In this document: positions 13,501 through 26,436 of the stretch, piece after piece | Position numbering within the stretch: the first letter of the stretch is position 1 | Layout of the letters: each line of letters opens with the position of its first letter | Origin: a virus | Taxonomy: Duplodnaviria > Caudoviricetes | Reading direction: 5' to 3' (one strand) | DNA length: 64,000 bases | IMG/VR virus record: IMGVR_UViG_3300037400_003374 | Span: 1 to 64,000 of that record | The notes under the pieces: model-generated | Seen by the model: only the letters and a program-made list of their open reading frames with translations | Told to the model about the DNA's origin: nothing | Database searches by the model: none | Position numbers and translations under genes: made by a program

Positions 13501-16500
13501 TCATCAGGAGTAATATAATCACGAATATTAATCCCTAGGCTCTCAAATGCTGTTGAGAAAGTAGCAATAGACTCTTCACTAAGATTTTCGTAATTTTCAA
13601 CTACACCTTGAATGGCATTATACTTTTTATTATTAATAGAAGTTTTTAGATTATTTACTCTAGCCAATAGCTACTAATATTCTTCTGAATGCTTATCAAT
13701 GTTTGGTAAAGCATTTACAAATAATAAAATACTATCAATATCTTTTTGGCTATTTACAACAAATTCTTCCGTCCATTCGTTATATTCAATGCCTAAGCCT
13801 CGTAAGTCTTGAATAATATTATCTGGATTAGCCCCCCAAGCGGCAGCAAAGCTTTCTGCATCAGCTAAACTAAATCTTTCTGAAATTATCTTGGAAATAC
13901 CGGTATATTGATTGCGTTTTGAAGCAGTAGATTTTTTTATCTAATTATAAACACTCTATAAAACATCCTTTCCTTCGCCTTCATATGCCTTAATAGATTC
14001 TTCTAACAATAATAATAAAGCATCTCTTCTAGCTTCATTTTCAATTACCATTGTAGCGTCAGTAGCTTTAGCTCCTAGTGCTGTTTTCATAGAATCAGGC
14101 AGAGAATCAATTCTAACTTCCGTGCCGATACTTGCCTCAGAGAGAGCCTTTAACTATTGAGCAATCTATTTTCCTTTATTTTTTTGCTCTCTATCACTAA
14201 TTCCCTTATCAATATCATCAGAGACAATTTTTCTAAATTGCTCAGTTTCATCTAATGCAGTTAATCCTAGCTTTTCAGCCAAGAATTTTAATGCTGCTTG
14301 TGCACTGACGCCGGCTTTTAATGCCCATACTTCTCCATTAAATTTAAAATAGTCATCTAAGCCTGTTACTTCGCCATTCGCATTTACGAATGCTTTGTTA
14401 CCTGTAGCATCTACAAAACTATTTAGTTCTTCCGCAGTAAAACCATTCTCAAATTTATTTAATAAATCACGCTATTTTCCAGCATCAGTTGTTTTATAGC
14501 TTTCTTCCGCTCGTTTTTGTATGTCTTCAGCAACTTCATCTAACGTTCCCGCTCCAGCTTTAATTAAAGTAAGAATCGCCTTCCATACACCATCTGCTGC
14601 GCCAGCTATATCAGCAGTTGAGGCTCCTTCTTGAAGATTGAATGATTCAGTTAATAGAAGCTATTCCTATTCTGTTAATGCTTCCCAAACTAAATCGCCT
14701 GAAGTAATTTTATCATAAAGACTAGTTAAACTTTCAAAACGAGCGCGTTCGCCTTTAGATTTAGAAACCTAGTATTCTTCTCCAAGGCCCCAATACTTTA
14801 GCTAAGCATTATATTCATCTATTTTTCCTTGAATTAATAAAGGATATACTGTATCAAAATATTGATCAATCTATTCCGCAGGAGATAATTTTTCACCCGC
14901 CTTTCTTTCACTTCTAGCAACTTTCTATAAATATGCCTTTAATTGTTCTTTCTATTGTGATGTTCCTTTCCCAGCAACAATAGAAGTATAATCAAACGAC
15001 TACAAAGCCATTTTAATCATATCTTCTGACATGCTTTCAAGTGCATCTATTTGTTCTTGTAATTCTGTAGTATGCGTTTTTAAATACTCGGTTATAAATT
15101 CATTCCAAGACTTCCAAGTTTCTTCATCCTAGGCATTAAAAGCATCAACCAGCTACGTATATTCAAGCCAATAACGATCAAGCTATGCTTTATCTTTGGA
15201 ATCATTTGGATTTAAATTGAATGTTTTAGCAAATTGATTCTTTAATTCAGCCTATGCATTCTCTATCTCTTTCGGCGTACCTAATTCTTTATTTCCATTA
15301 TAACTAATTGCCATATCCTCCAATTGGTTAGAGGAATCTAATAAAGCAGGCCCTAAAATGAGTGAATAATCTTCAATAGACTTGTTAATATTACTTATTT
15401 GATCTTTATTTTGCTATTCTAATGCCGCCATCTCAAGCTAAAAAGCCTAAGAAGTCTTAATATATCCTTTAGCTTCTTTATCATATGTATATAAATCTTT
15501 AAATTGTAATTTTTTATCTCTATTAGCATCAATTAATGCTCTAGCTTTCTTTAACGCTTCATGATATTTAAAGACCTTCGTCATATCGTCAATAGAATTG
15601 CCGATAGAAGTAGCTGTTTCTTCTGCTTCAGTAGTAAGCTATTCTAGCTAAGTTGCAGCGCTAATAGCCCAATGAGAAGCCGATTCAGTAAGAATATTAG
15701 AAACTCCTTCAAATTCTGTACCCATCTCACTAAGCTAAGTTGCTGCAGATTGTAAAGCTACTGGATCAGATAAGTCCAAATCCTTTAAAACAGAAAAAAC
15801 TTTAAGCTATTTATCCCACGATAGTCTTCCAATTCCTTCCTAACCATATAACTATTCTAATACATGGCGATAAACGTCCGCTTGTGCATACTACTAATTA
15901 TCTATTAGTGACTAATACTAAGCCATATCTGAACGGAAAGTAGGAATCAACGCGCCAATTAATTCATTCTAGTCACCGGCACCATTATACAAGGCTTTAA
16001 ATGTATCATTATCTAAACCTGCGGCCTTGAGCTGCTTATCTAGTCCTTCAATTTCTGCATCTCTTATTTCCTATAAGTGTTTTTCTAAACTTATACCATA
16101 TGTTGTAAAAAATTTACCTGTCTTCTCTTCTCCTAAATAAGAAGCTATATCATCAACACTCCGGAACTAAGAATAATCTAAATTTAAAAGTTTATTTGCA
16201 CGATCTTCATTCTTTAATAACCAGTCCTCAAATTCTTTCATAATCTCTTCATCTGGTAAACTAGTTCCCATTCCAGAATAAATAAAGGACATTAAAGAAA
16301 GATATTTCTATAATTTCTCAGCATTCTCTTTTGATTGCTCGTCCTATTCCGCTAAATCATGTAAGCGAACTTCTATTCCTTCAGAAATTTGCGCATGCTG
16401 CAAAGCAGTATTTGCAGCCGTAATTGCAGTCTCGGTTTGATCATATAAACTCTCGGCATAAATTTTGACTTTCTTAGCTAAATCTACTAAATCTAAAAAT

Positions 16501-19500
16501 GATTTGCCCAGAAGGTCTTTTTCAGAAGAAATTCCAACAGCACTTAAAATATTATCATTAGGCATATTGGTATTATATGTACTAATTGCGTTCCATAACA
16601 TACTTGCTATTTCATCTTTCCACTGCTCATCTATTAAATTAGATTTACCAGATTCAAGGTACCCTTTCTCATCAATCCATTTTAATATTTTATTTTCATT
16701 ATCTTGATAATATTCTTCTACAGCTCCCTCTCTTAAAAGTGGACCTAGCTCATCTAATTCTTCTATTCCCTTGTGATCTTCTAGAAACTTCATATACTCT
16801 CGTACTAAAATTTCCTTATATGGCATAGTATTGTCATACTATTTCTAATAGTCATTTGTAGTAGTAAAAAGGCGAATCTAAGCTGCTGCAGCCTAAGCTA
16901 CCATATCATTAATTGCTTCAGAAGTAATACTGTCTTTAAACAAACGACGAGCGTCTCTATATGAATCTAACTCTTTCGTCTCTGATTCCAATGCTGCAAC
17001 TGTGCTTCGAGCTGTTTTTAAACGAACTTCCGCGAGTGCTTCCTCTAATGTAGTCGTTTCTATAATAGCATTATTTGCCGCATCAATAGTACTCACATAT
17101 TCAGGATAAGAGCTCTTTAGCTAATTCATATAATCGACATATTCTTGTTCAGCTTCTACAGAATCATAACGTGCATCTTTTAGCTATTGTAATTTAGTTA
17201 GAGACTATTCTAATGATTTTTGCTCTGCCTGATCCTTCGCCAACTTCTCCTAAGACTACTTGAGAGCTTTTTCTCTTAATTCAATTTCTCTCGCTAGATT
17301 TCCATGATACTACTGAAAGGCTGTAATAAGTGACGGCAGCGCTGTAGCAATTCCAGAAATTAATCCTGATAGTGCACCTACCCCGGTGCCTAAACCTGGT
17401 ACAACGCTACCTAAAGCGGCTCCAGAAGCCATACTGCCCAATATCTAAAGTTCGGCACCGAATTTAGTCTTTCTTGCCGCACTACGATCCTAATCAATTG
17501 ACGTGCTTTTTCCATAATCATTCGCTCCACCTATAACTAAGCCTGCACCAGCCAATGACATGAGCTATCCTACCATTTGACCTACTCGCGACATAAGCAT
17601 TTTAAAACCGCCGTTCTAAGTGAAATTATTCCAAAAGCCCGTTCCAGCTTCTTGTCCTTTATTCCTGATGGCTAAAGCCAGTCTGTCAATCATACTTAAA
17701 GTATACTGTTCCGCACTTGCTCCAGCCGTCTGCAATGAAGTCTAAATATTAATAATAATATTCTATAACGCTGCTTTTATAATAGAGATTAAACTAGCCG
17801 CAACTGCAATTGCCTAAGCAGGAATTTTTCCAAACAATTTAGGCATACTATTTGCAGCACTAATAACATTGGTAATAGTATCAAGTATTCCACGATATAA
17901 AGTCTCTATTCCAGAACTAGTATAAAATTCTTGGATTGTCACTTTCATTTTTTCAATCTTAGCATCAATTGAATCTAGTGTTTTTAATGTCTATATTTCA
18001 CCTGTTCCTTCAGAGTTCAGCGCAGTCTAAAGTGCTTTTTTGTATTCATCAACATTACTAACCAACGCTAAGAAACGAGATTGCTATCTATTACCAGCCA
18101 TCAAAGTAGCAATATAACGCTAAGATAATGAATCCAATGAATCCCATTTTTCCATTAATTCAAGTATTACATCATCAAAATTACGGAACTAGCCCGTAGT
18201 ATCGTGAATGGTAATGCCAACAGTTTGCAAAGCTTTATCAACTCTATTAAGGCTCATTTCTTCGCCTTCAGAGTCAACTGTTTTACTAGGATCACTTGTC
18301 ATTTCACCATAACGAGAAATAACAGATTTTAAAGCAGTACCAATATTGGTAGCGGATTCACGAGTAGTAGCAATCATAGTTGACATCATTGCACTAGTTG
18401 CTTCGAAACTCGCGCCTACAGCTTGAGCCGATGCAGCGGTCTTACTAATAGCAACAGCAATTTCTTCAGTACTGGAAGCTGTTGTTGCTGCTAATGCGCT
18501 AAATACGTCTGTAACATGAGCAGCATCTGTCATTTCAAGTTTAAAACCACGAATAGCAGTCGTCATATAGTCTGCAGCAGTAGCATAATCCAAACCAGCG
18601 ATACGAGCCATTTTTAAAGTTTCAGTAGTCAATTCCATTACATCACTTTGCTATAGGCCCTATTGATAATAAATCTATGATACTTCGTAAACACCCTTAA
18701 TAGCAACACCATACTGACGAGCAATTTCACTATATTGACTAATCTATCTCCATAAATCTTCTTGAGAAAACTAAGTAACGACGGAAATGGAGGTCATAAC
18801 AGTATCTAGTTCTTGAATATGCTTTTTCATATCATTAATTGCTTTCTTTGTCATATTCAATACTTGCCAGAAGCCCATCCAACGATTAACCGCCATTGAT
18901 ACATTACTAAGAGCATTCTATTTTTGCTGCAATTTGTTTAACGACTAAATATAGCTTTCAATTCTATTTTTCGCTTCATCTACTTCAGGCTTTGGAATAG
19001 GTGTTTTACTAGCTGCGACATCATTATATGCTTTTGCTAATTTTTCTATAACTGCTAATAGCGCCTAAACTGCATCTTCTGTCGTTCTTAATGTATTAGG
19101 AGACGAGCCTTCAACTTTTAAAAAAGTAGAAATTGCATTCGTTAAATTCTGCCATGCTACTGTAGCATTGGGGAGGTCAGTGCTAATCATACTAGCTTTT
19201 GCAGTTTCCTATGCAGAAGCATAGCTTGTTAACGCAGTCTCTAAATTTTTATATATATCTGTCAATTTCTATCCAGCAGTAATATCATCAACGCTAAATC
19301 CAGCTGTTTTCAATTGAACAGTGTCAATATTCATAGACTTAAGTGCACTGCTAATTTTATTCTAAAGATCTTTAACTCCAGTTTTGGAAACAACTTGTTC
19401 GCCAAGCCCGGTAAAGACATTTGTTAATTCAGTAGAAATATTAGCTCTCAATCTAGAAAATTTTATTTTTTCACCACCAAGTTTACTTAGTGCATCAGTT

Positions 19501-20543
19501 AACTTGGAATTTAATCTTTCAACACGAGCATCTATATCAGTTTCACTAATCCCATCAAAAAGAGTTTTGGGATCAATTTCTGCTGCAGCTAACGCTTTTT
19601 TAATTGCATCAGTACCCATTAAACTTTTAAAATCCGCATCTGTGTATTTTGTCCCTGAAGGGCCTATACTTGTTAATGCTTTCTAAACTTCTGCCTCTTT
19701 ACCTGTAATAAGGTTAATCTATGTTTGATATTCCTCTTCAATCTTCTCCGTCTTTGTTCTAATATATTCACTAATATCAGTTGTATCAGTTACTACAAAA
19801 CTCTTCGTTTTATCCGAAATCCCTTCTAATGTTGTAGACAACACTGCCAATTTCGCATTTGCGTCGGCTAATTCTTTAGGATCAACTATATTTGTAGTAA
19901 TTCCCTTTGTATTCGCACCAACAGCGGCCTAAACATTTGCTAGACCAGAACCACGAATTGTAGCAATAGAAGTATCTAGCTATGCAATATTCTACTTAAT
20001 ATCATTAACTTGCTATTTAGCTTCTCTTGCTGCTTCTATTAATCTATCTTTCAACTCACTAAAAGTAAGCTTAGAAACATCACCTTTTAATGAAGAAATC
20101 TAGTCTCTTAAATTCTGTATACCATTAATAGATGATTGATCTACAAAAGCAACAGCAGAACCATTTTTCATTTGCTCCAAACTTGCTTGTAATCTATTAA
20201 TCTGTTCAATTGCTTTATCAACAGTATCTTGGTCTGATACTGAGAATTTGATATCTTCAAATCCAACATTCCCCATCTTAGTCTTTACGGTAGCCAATGT
20301 ATCCAACATTGTCTAATATTCACGTAAAAAACTCTAAGAGCTAGAAGACGTCTAAAAAGCGCCTTTTAATTTACTACTCAATTTATCAACCGAGTCTGTA
20401 GCCTTTGATAGCATTCGGTCCATGCCTTTGAAACTATCAGAATCCAATTTTACGCTATTCTATAATAAGGTACGTAATTCTTGAATCTATTGTCTAGCGG
20501 CATCCAAACCTAGTCGTACTGGAAATTCAATACTCTAACTCAT
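4527..20543 (-). CDS. Giant tape measure protein, ~5338 aa, TAG=Gln
   Basis: AAGGAGAG RBS, ATG at 20543, third codon is TAG. Sixteen minus-strand track ORFs from 4857 to 20309 share one frame and each ends in TAG. TP901-type TMP core at 18189-18638 (LKMARIAGLDYATAADYMTTAIRGF...). TAA at 4527. Intervening stretches were spot-checked, not exhaustively checked. Confidence 0.88.
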
Positions 20544-20609
20544 ATAAATTCACTCTCCTTTTATCCCATAAAATAAAAAAAGAGCCACTTTCTTATCCAA
20601 GAAAGTGGC

Positions 20610-21479
20610 TTATATATCAGCATCTAGATCCTCACCCAAATGCTAAATTTCAACTATTAAATCTTTATCATCGCCGACAGTCTCCGGCAATCCTATTATA
20701 TCAAACGCGGACACTGTTGGATCAGCCCTTTCTCCCAATCGTAAGTTAATATCGCTTACAATCCTCACCTTGGGCATATACAAAATATTCGTATAATTTT
20801 TGCCCTCATTTTCGTCTTTGGAATAAAATTTCCCTTCCAAAGTGAACAATCCATTGAAGCGTTCTTTCTACAATGTATAAGAAATTGCTTCATTCCCATA
20901 CTCATAGTAGTAATCTACTACATATTTTTTATCAGTGTCTGCGAGAGTTTTCAAATTTTTATCTTCATACAATTCTAAGCAAGGTCTTTCGCCGCCAAAC
21001 CCATCAGATTTGCCAGTGATTCTTTTGCCATAAATTTTATGTTGAACAGCGTCTCGCGCATAATCAAAAATAAATGTTTTCTTGCGTTCATTCCCGACAG
21101 GCCAATGTTCTAAAAATAACTAATGCTAATCATTTAATTCCATTGGGCCTTCTGTCTTATGTATCAAAATAGGCTTATTTCCACCTTTCAATGCTACTTT
21201 TGCGCCCAAAAGTATACCGAAACCAAACTAAGATACAACGCCTTCAGACATTTGGAAACGAATCTCGGAACGATCTTGCCATATTACTTTAGGCTAATTC
21301 AGCCAGCCTCCACGCGCATAGACTTCTTTGCTTTGCTCTGAAAGCATTGACATAGCAATGTTCTAGAAATATAACACTGGTTCGTCAGCTTCAATATACC
21401 GGTCGCCAAATTGCATAGCGGTTTTTGCGCGAAGAGTAACTTCATATAGTTCTTTAATACCAAAATATTGTTCAATCAA
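20610..21479 (-). CDS. Tail-tube paralog, ~289 aa, TTG start, 7 in-frame TAG
   Basis: Manual translation FGIKELYEV...PVLYFQNIAMSMLSEQSKEVYARGGWLNQPKVIW aligns with tail tube YGIKEVANV...IVLFLDTLKVSTIETTAENVAAQGGWGNPKLVQW. The C-termini also match (ADPTVSAFDIIG vs GDPSTFEMTLNV). Confidence 0.72.
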
Positions 21480-21503
21480 AGGTATCACCTACCTTAAAAG
21501 GAA

Positions 21504-21533
21504 AAGCCCTAGAAGCTTACACTTCTAGGGCTT
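21504..21533 (-). terminator. Intrinsic terminator after the major tail gene
   Basis: 12-bp perfect inverted repeat AAGCCCTAGAAG/CTTCTAGGGCTT followed by a T-rich run on the minus strand. Confidence 0.75.
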
Positions 21534-21539
21534 GAATTA

Positions 21540-22592
21540 TTAAGGATTATCAGAATTACTTACCGCAAGAGAACCAACGTCATTTCCGACAGACTGATCA
21601 GTGCCACTAGTAACATTATAACGAACAAGCTTCATCATTTCATCGCCATCACGGAGTACGTTAAGAGTCATTTCAAATGTGGAAGGATCACCTTCAGCCT
21701 GTAGAGTTAGAGTTACATTGCTCTGAACCTTAGCCTTATTAATAATGAACTGGAAGGGTTCATCACGGCCAGTCTTTTCAGAACGAATCAAAGTATCACC
21801 AATAACTTTATAGGTACCAGGGAAAGTATCAGGAGAAATTGTGACTTCAACAGCATCTTCTTTCTCAGAGCTGGCGCCAGCTAATTCAGTTTCCCAGAAA
21901 ATACGAATTTTATCGCCAGGAGCGGGATCAACTTGACTAACACCAGCTTCTGGATTAGTAAATTTAACTTTATTACCTGTCGCAGCGATAGTACCGGATG
22001 TTAGCTGAGTACGAGTACCCGCAGCAAGACTAGGCTTACCTACATTATTTTCGCTTCCGCCATTAGTAGTTGTTGTATAAAGGCCGCCACCTAAGTTAAT
22101 CAACTTAACAGGATGAGCAGTAGAAGCCACAATAGCAGGTCCATGCTTAGAAGTATCGCTAGAAGTTGGTGTTACGCCATCAAATGGGATACCAGTAATA
22201 TGATCTACAGGAGCATCAAAGCTACCATCAGCTTTAACTGTCACTTCTTCTGTATGCCGTACAATTACAGTATTATGCTTAGCAGAATCTGGACGTTTAA
22301 TAGAACCACCCATCATGAAACGAAGAGATTCAAGAGACATGAGAGCATCTTCAAGGGTAATATTAATTTCCTTGCCATAATCCCACTGCACTAGTTTAGG
22401 ATTGCCCCAACCACCCTGTGCAGCTACGTTTTCTGCTGTTGTTTCAATAGTAGAAACCTTTAAAGTATCAAGGAAGAGCACGATGTCGCCCTTGTACACG
22501 CCGGTCTTAAGATCGTCGTCTAGAGCCTCAAAATATACGTTAGCAACTTCCTTAATGCCATACTTATCAAAAATATTAACATTATTAGCCAT
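21540..22592 (-). CDS. Major tail tube protein, 350 aa, no TAG codons
   Basis: Intact ORF with GGAGG RBS, TAA stop and terminator. Located upstream of the TMP. Siphophage tube-like motifs (QGGWGNPKLVQWD, TLQAEGDPSTF). Confidence 0.82.
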   Translation of the reverse strand: MANNVNIFDKYGIKEVANVYFEALDDDLKTGVYKGDIVLFLDTLKVSTIETTAENVAAQGGWGNPKLVQWDYGKEINITLEDALMSLESLRFMMGGSIKRPDSAKHNTVIVRHTEEVTVKADGSFDAPVDHITGIPFDGVTPTSSDTSKHGPAIVASTAHPVKLINLGGGLYTTTTNGGSENNVGKPSLAAGTRTQLTSGTIAATGNKVKFTNPEAGVSQVDPAPGDKIRIFWETELAGASSEKEDAVEVTISPDTFPGTYKVIGDTLIRSEKTGRDEPFQFIINKAKVQSNVTLTLQAEGDPSTFEMTLNVLRDGDEMMKLVRYNVTSGTDQSVGNDVGSLAVSNSDNP

Positions 22593-22609
22593 AAAAGTTA
22601 CCTCCTAAA

Positions 22610-23389
22610 TTATGACTCGTCGCCATCAGCAATAGAGCGCATCCAATGCTTGAGTTGCGACTTTTCAATTTTTGCGCCAGCTAATGCCGCACGCTAATTT
22701 ATATTAAACTAATCACGCCACCCCATCCGCTTGAGTTGATCATGAAAAGCGTAATAACTAATATCCCAAATATTTATAATATTTAGGCCACAATCATTTA
22801 ATGTTGCGCTTGCAACTAAATCTGAAAATTTTAAATCAGTTCCGTCTTGCTTTGCTTTCTTCGCTTTCGCACGACGGAGCTTCTCGCGTCGATCCCGCTA
22901 CTGCCGCTTAAGACGTTTAGTAATTTCTGGGTCATCATCATAAATGATGATTTCGTCCTCTTCAGATTCTAGGAAACACATTCTACGTATTATATGCTAA
23001 AAATCATAGTATTTGCTTTCAGATAATATGTGTTTTTCAGCAATTGGACCTATAACAATTTGTGCTGGGTCTAAAGAAAATATTGCATCTTCATGTGTAA
23101 AAAACTTAAATCCTTTTTTTAATAAAGTATGAATTTGAGGGTCTAAATTCGCCATTAGTAAAATATACTAAAAGTCACTTAATTTAGACATTAGTTCTTT
23201 TAATTCCGCATCTTTGTCATACTATGTTGTAGGTTTAGTTGCGGTTAAAACACTTACATATTTCTAAAAATTCTCATATCCCTCGTCAACAATTGCACCA
23301 ATTGTTGGTGGGTAAATAGCGCAAATATCTTCAACGAAAATGGGGGATCCTTTTAAAAATTTTAAAACCTCATCGTCAGTTAAATTCAT
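22610..23389 (-). CDS. Tail/neck assembly protein, ~259 aa, TAG=Gln
   Basis: Manual translation MNLTDDEVLKFLKGSP...FHDQLKRMGWRDQFNINQRAALAGAK...; open only if TAG is sense; absent from the ORF track. Confidence 0.65.
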
Positions 23390-23882
23390 TAATTTTATAT
23401 ACCATTGAATAACCCCCAATCCAAGGACTGAGAGTTAATGCGTCTGCACGATAAAATTGTAATGTACCAATGCCTGCCATTTTTGCTTCATTGAACATTT
23501 GGTCAATTTCTTGCATAATAAGGTATGGCCGCAAAGACTGTTCATCTAACAACCATTCCTCATATGGGCAGGCAATATCAAAACGAATTGTTGAGATTTT
23601 AAATTCAGGATTTAGCTAATTAACTACGAAATTACTGAATAGCGCCGTTACGTAAGACATTTTTTCAGTACTCTCATCAAATATCTTAGGCACAATCAAT
23701 ATCTACTTATTAATTAAATCCGCCCCATCCACATCAGGATATTTTTCTTTATTAAAAGGATCACGCACTTGATATTTCAATAAACGACATAGTCGCTAGC
23801 TAGACATTAATTTATTTGCTATTTTAAAAGTATTTGTACCCATCACGGCAAAGCGGCGCTAGCCATATTCAGTTTCTGCCAT
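23376..23882 (-). CDS. Putative tail terminator/neck protein, ~168 aa, TAG=Gln
   Basis: GAGGTGAG RBS; MAETEYGQRRF...RFDIACPYEEWLLDEQSLRPYLIMQEID...; TGA at 23376; absent from the ORF track. Confidence 0.62.
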
Positions 23883-23892
23883 TTAACTCACC

Positions 23893-25188
23893 TCACCATA
23901 ATGGAATAATCTTTATTGTCTTAGTATATGTTTTACCATTGTATTCCGCGGTCAGAAGTATTTCTCCAAGCTTATTGCTATTATTGGCATGAATTGTAGT
24001 AGCATAAGTAATCTTATTTGTTTCATTATCATATGCGTCCTTAAGTTCACCAAGAGGTTTATCCTCTGCCGTAATATTTGTTAAGGTAAATTTAATATCT
24101 CCCTTTATAATATCCTTATCAGGAACCTCAACAGTAGGAATAATATCTTCATCCGCCAATTTATAAGTTTCATATCTATCCAGCCTAATAGTATCTGCAC
24201 CTTTAATATATAGTGATGCTTCGTTATCTACAACAGTAATTTCAAATTCTTTTGTTACCGCTGTACGAGGATCATCAATATTATAATTCTTTAAGCGCAT
24301 TTTTACCCTTACTTGCCCAGGAGCATTCGCTTTTAAGTGCCCATTGTCTAACAAAGTCACTACGTTCTATTCTTCTGGAGGCGGAGGAATTAATACAATT
24401 TGCCATTCATTTAAAGTCTATTCGGTAAAATCAGGAATTATTTCTTCATCTACAGTATAAACTTTTTGTAGTGTAGGAAATAACAGCTTATCTGTATCCG
24501 CAATATCCACAACTAAATCATCATACTAAAAATTAACCTTATTTTCAGTAAGAGACATATAAATAATACCTTTTACACTAGTAAAGTCTGCTTCAACCAT
24601 CTTCCAACTTTCATCTTCAATAATAAAGTTGGTACCACGGTCTACGGTATCTTTTACCTATGAATTCGCATCAATAGGCCGCGGCATTATAATTTCTGCA
24701 TATTTATTAGGCTGCGGTGTAATTAAGTTATGCCAAGTTCTAAAATTACCTTTAACTTTTTCATCTGTAGAACTTAAAACATAAGCCCAGGATTGCCGCA
24801 AGTATCCTTTATCGTTAATCCACTTAATTAAATAATTACATCTTATTATATCAAAAGTACGATAAGTACCATTAGTTTTTCTTTCCTCAGATAGCAACAG
24901 CCACTTTTCTAAAGTACCATCTTCTACCTGCCAGTTCATAATATCCCCAACTCTTATAGGAATATCATTCGCAACATTTAAATGCATAATCTTCTAATAG
25001 GTCTTATCTTTACTTTGTAAAATAATGCCATCAAAATACAATCCACGTTCTACTGAAAGAGACAAAACCGTATGTGGTGATTCAGCTTTCCACCGCTGAA
25101 AAGTCCGAATGCCGCCATTTGTAATACGTTCTCCAGTTGTTCTTCCAAAATGATTTAGGCGCGAAAAATAAACTTCAAGATAGTCCAT
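23893..25188 (-). CDS. Head-closure/head-tail joining protein with C-terminal Ig-like extension, ~431 aa, TAG=Gln
   Basis: Track ORFs 24994-25188, 24658-24987 and 23893-24360 are in one frame joined through TAG; synteny. Confidence 0.62.
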
Positions 25189-25508
25189 TAATCAGATTCC
25201 AACTAGCCCACTAAATTCATGCATTCAAATATTGTCTTTCTGAAATACTCATAAGACAAATATTTCAGCATGGACAGCTTCCCAATCAATGGCCACCAAT
25301 TAATACCGTTCGCGCCAAGTCCTAATAATTCTATAATAATAGAATCTAGGAATTTTTCCCATTCTCCACCTTTTTCGCGCTCACAGAGTAATCCATATAA
25401 ACGGCCCTTTAACTTGCTCTTATAGCTATTAAAGGTTTCAGCCGCGATTTCGTTTTCCTGCTAATCGCTTAAAGGTGACCGCAGGACTGTGGTTACGCGA
25501 TCTATCAT
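25188..25508 (-). CDS. Virion morphogenesis protein, ~106 aa, TAG=Gln
   Basis: GGAGGG RBS; MIDRVTTVLRSPLSDQQENE...FRKTIFECMNLVGQLESD; TAA overlaps the next ATG. Confidence 0.6.
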
Positions 25509-25911
25509 AACGTCCCTCCGCTTTATGAATCTCTAGCGCGATAGACGATTCAAGTTTAATTAATTTATCAAGGTGGTTTGCTTGGGAATAATCACTGTCT
25601 ACGTATAACTAACGTATATTTTCCCAACTAGATATACAACGTTTCACCCACTCATGCTTCATATATAGCGCCAAAAGCTAAATTTCAGCATTAGTTAAAG
25701 TTTCCTTAAACTAAACAACAGTGGTATCATCGGCATTTTTTACCTCTTCCATTTCTAGTCCAATGCGTGGATATTTAAACCGTTCAACAGCCATTTTTAA
25801 CATTTCTTGCCAGTCTCGCTCTACAAGAGCAAGCTCTTCCTCTAACATCCATTCATCGGCTGTTATTCGCGCCAAAAAGGCGTCATAAACTTTTAAGAAA
25901 GGGGTCGCCAT
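25438..25911 (-). CDS. Head-tail connector/adaptor, ~157 aa, TAG=Gln
   Basis: Track ORF 25711-25911 continues through TAG: ...ETLTNAEIQLLALYMKHEW...DYSQANHLDKL...KRNRG, TGA at 25438. Confidence 0.68.
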
Positions 25912-25916
25912 TTAAA

Positions 25917-26360
25917 TCACTTCTCTTCAGCTTGATATTTCATATTAATAGCATTAATAATGTCAACGTCACAATATTTTTTAATGAGGGTTACAATTGC
26001 AGGTGTAGTAATGCCCTTATCTGTTGCCAGCTTGACTGCAGTTTCTTTTTCCGCGCTTGTCGCATGTGGAATAAATTTTGCAAAAGCGGTAATATCACGT
26101 TGGTCAAGCATTGCATTAATCTTAGCCACGTCAAACACTGGAGAGGTTTCCTCTTCCACGCGTTCATCATCTTTAATTCCCTCAATTGTAATATAATGTC
26201 CACGAATTAAAGCCTGGACACCTGTATCGTTACATAGTTCATCATAAACTTCCTGATTAATTGTAACACTACGCCCCGGTGTAAAAATACGATTAAAATT
26301 AACGCCCGGTAGCCAAATAGATATATCAGATGAACTCACATTTTTAATAGTAATAGCCAT
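25917..26360 (-). CDS. Head-associated protein, 147 aa, no TAG
   Basis: Intact ORF with GGAGG RBS, directly after the capsid gene and its terminator. Confidence 0.72.
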   Translation of the reverse strand: MAITIKNVSSSDISIWLPGVNFNRIFTPGRSVTINQEVYDELCNDTGVQALIRGHYITIEGIKDDERVEEETSPVFDVAKINAMLDQRDITAFAKFIPHATSAEKETAVKLATDKGITTPAIVTLIKKYCDVDIINAINMKYQAEEK

Positions 26361-26401
26361 AATTTTTCCTCCTTTTAACTCCTTGTATATAAACGAATTA
26401 C

Positions 26402-26426
26402 GGGGCGGGCGTGAAGCACCCGCCCC
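26402..26426 (-). terminator. Terminator-like hairpin after the major capsid gene
   Basis: GGGGCGGG-CGTGAAGCA-CCCGCCCC inverted repeat just past the TAA of the capsid gene. Confidence 0.65.
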
Positions 26427-26436
26427 ATTATATTAA

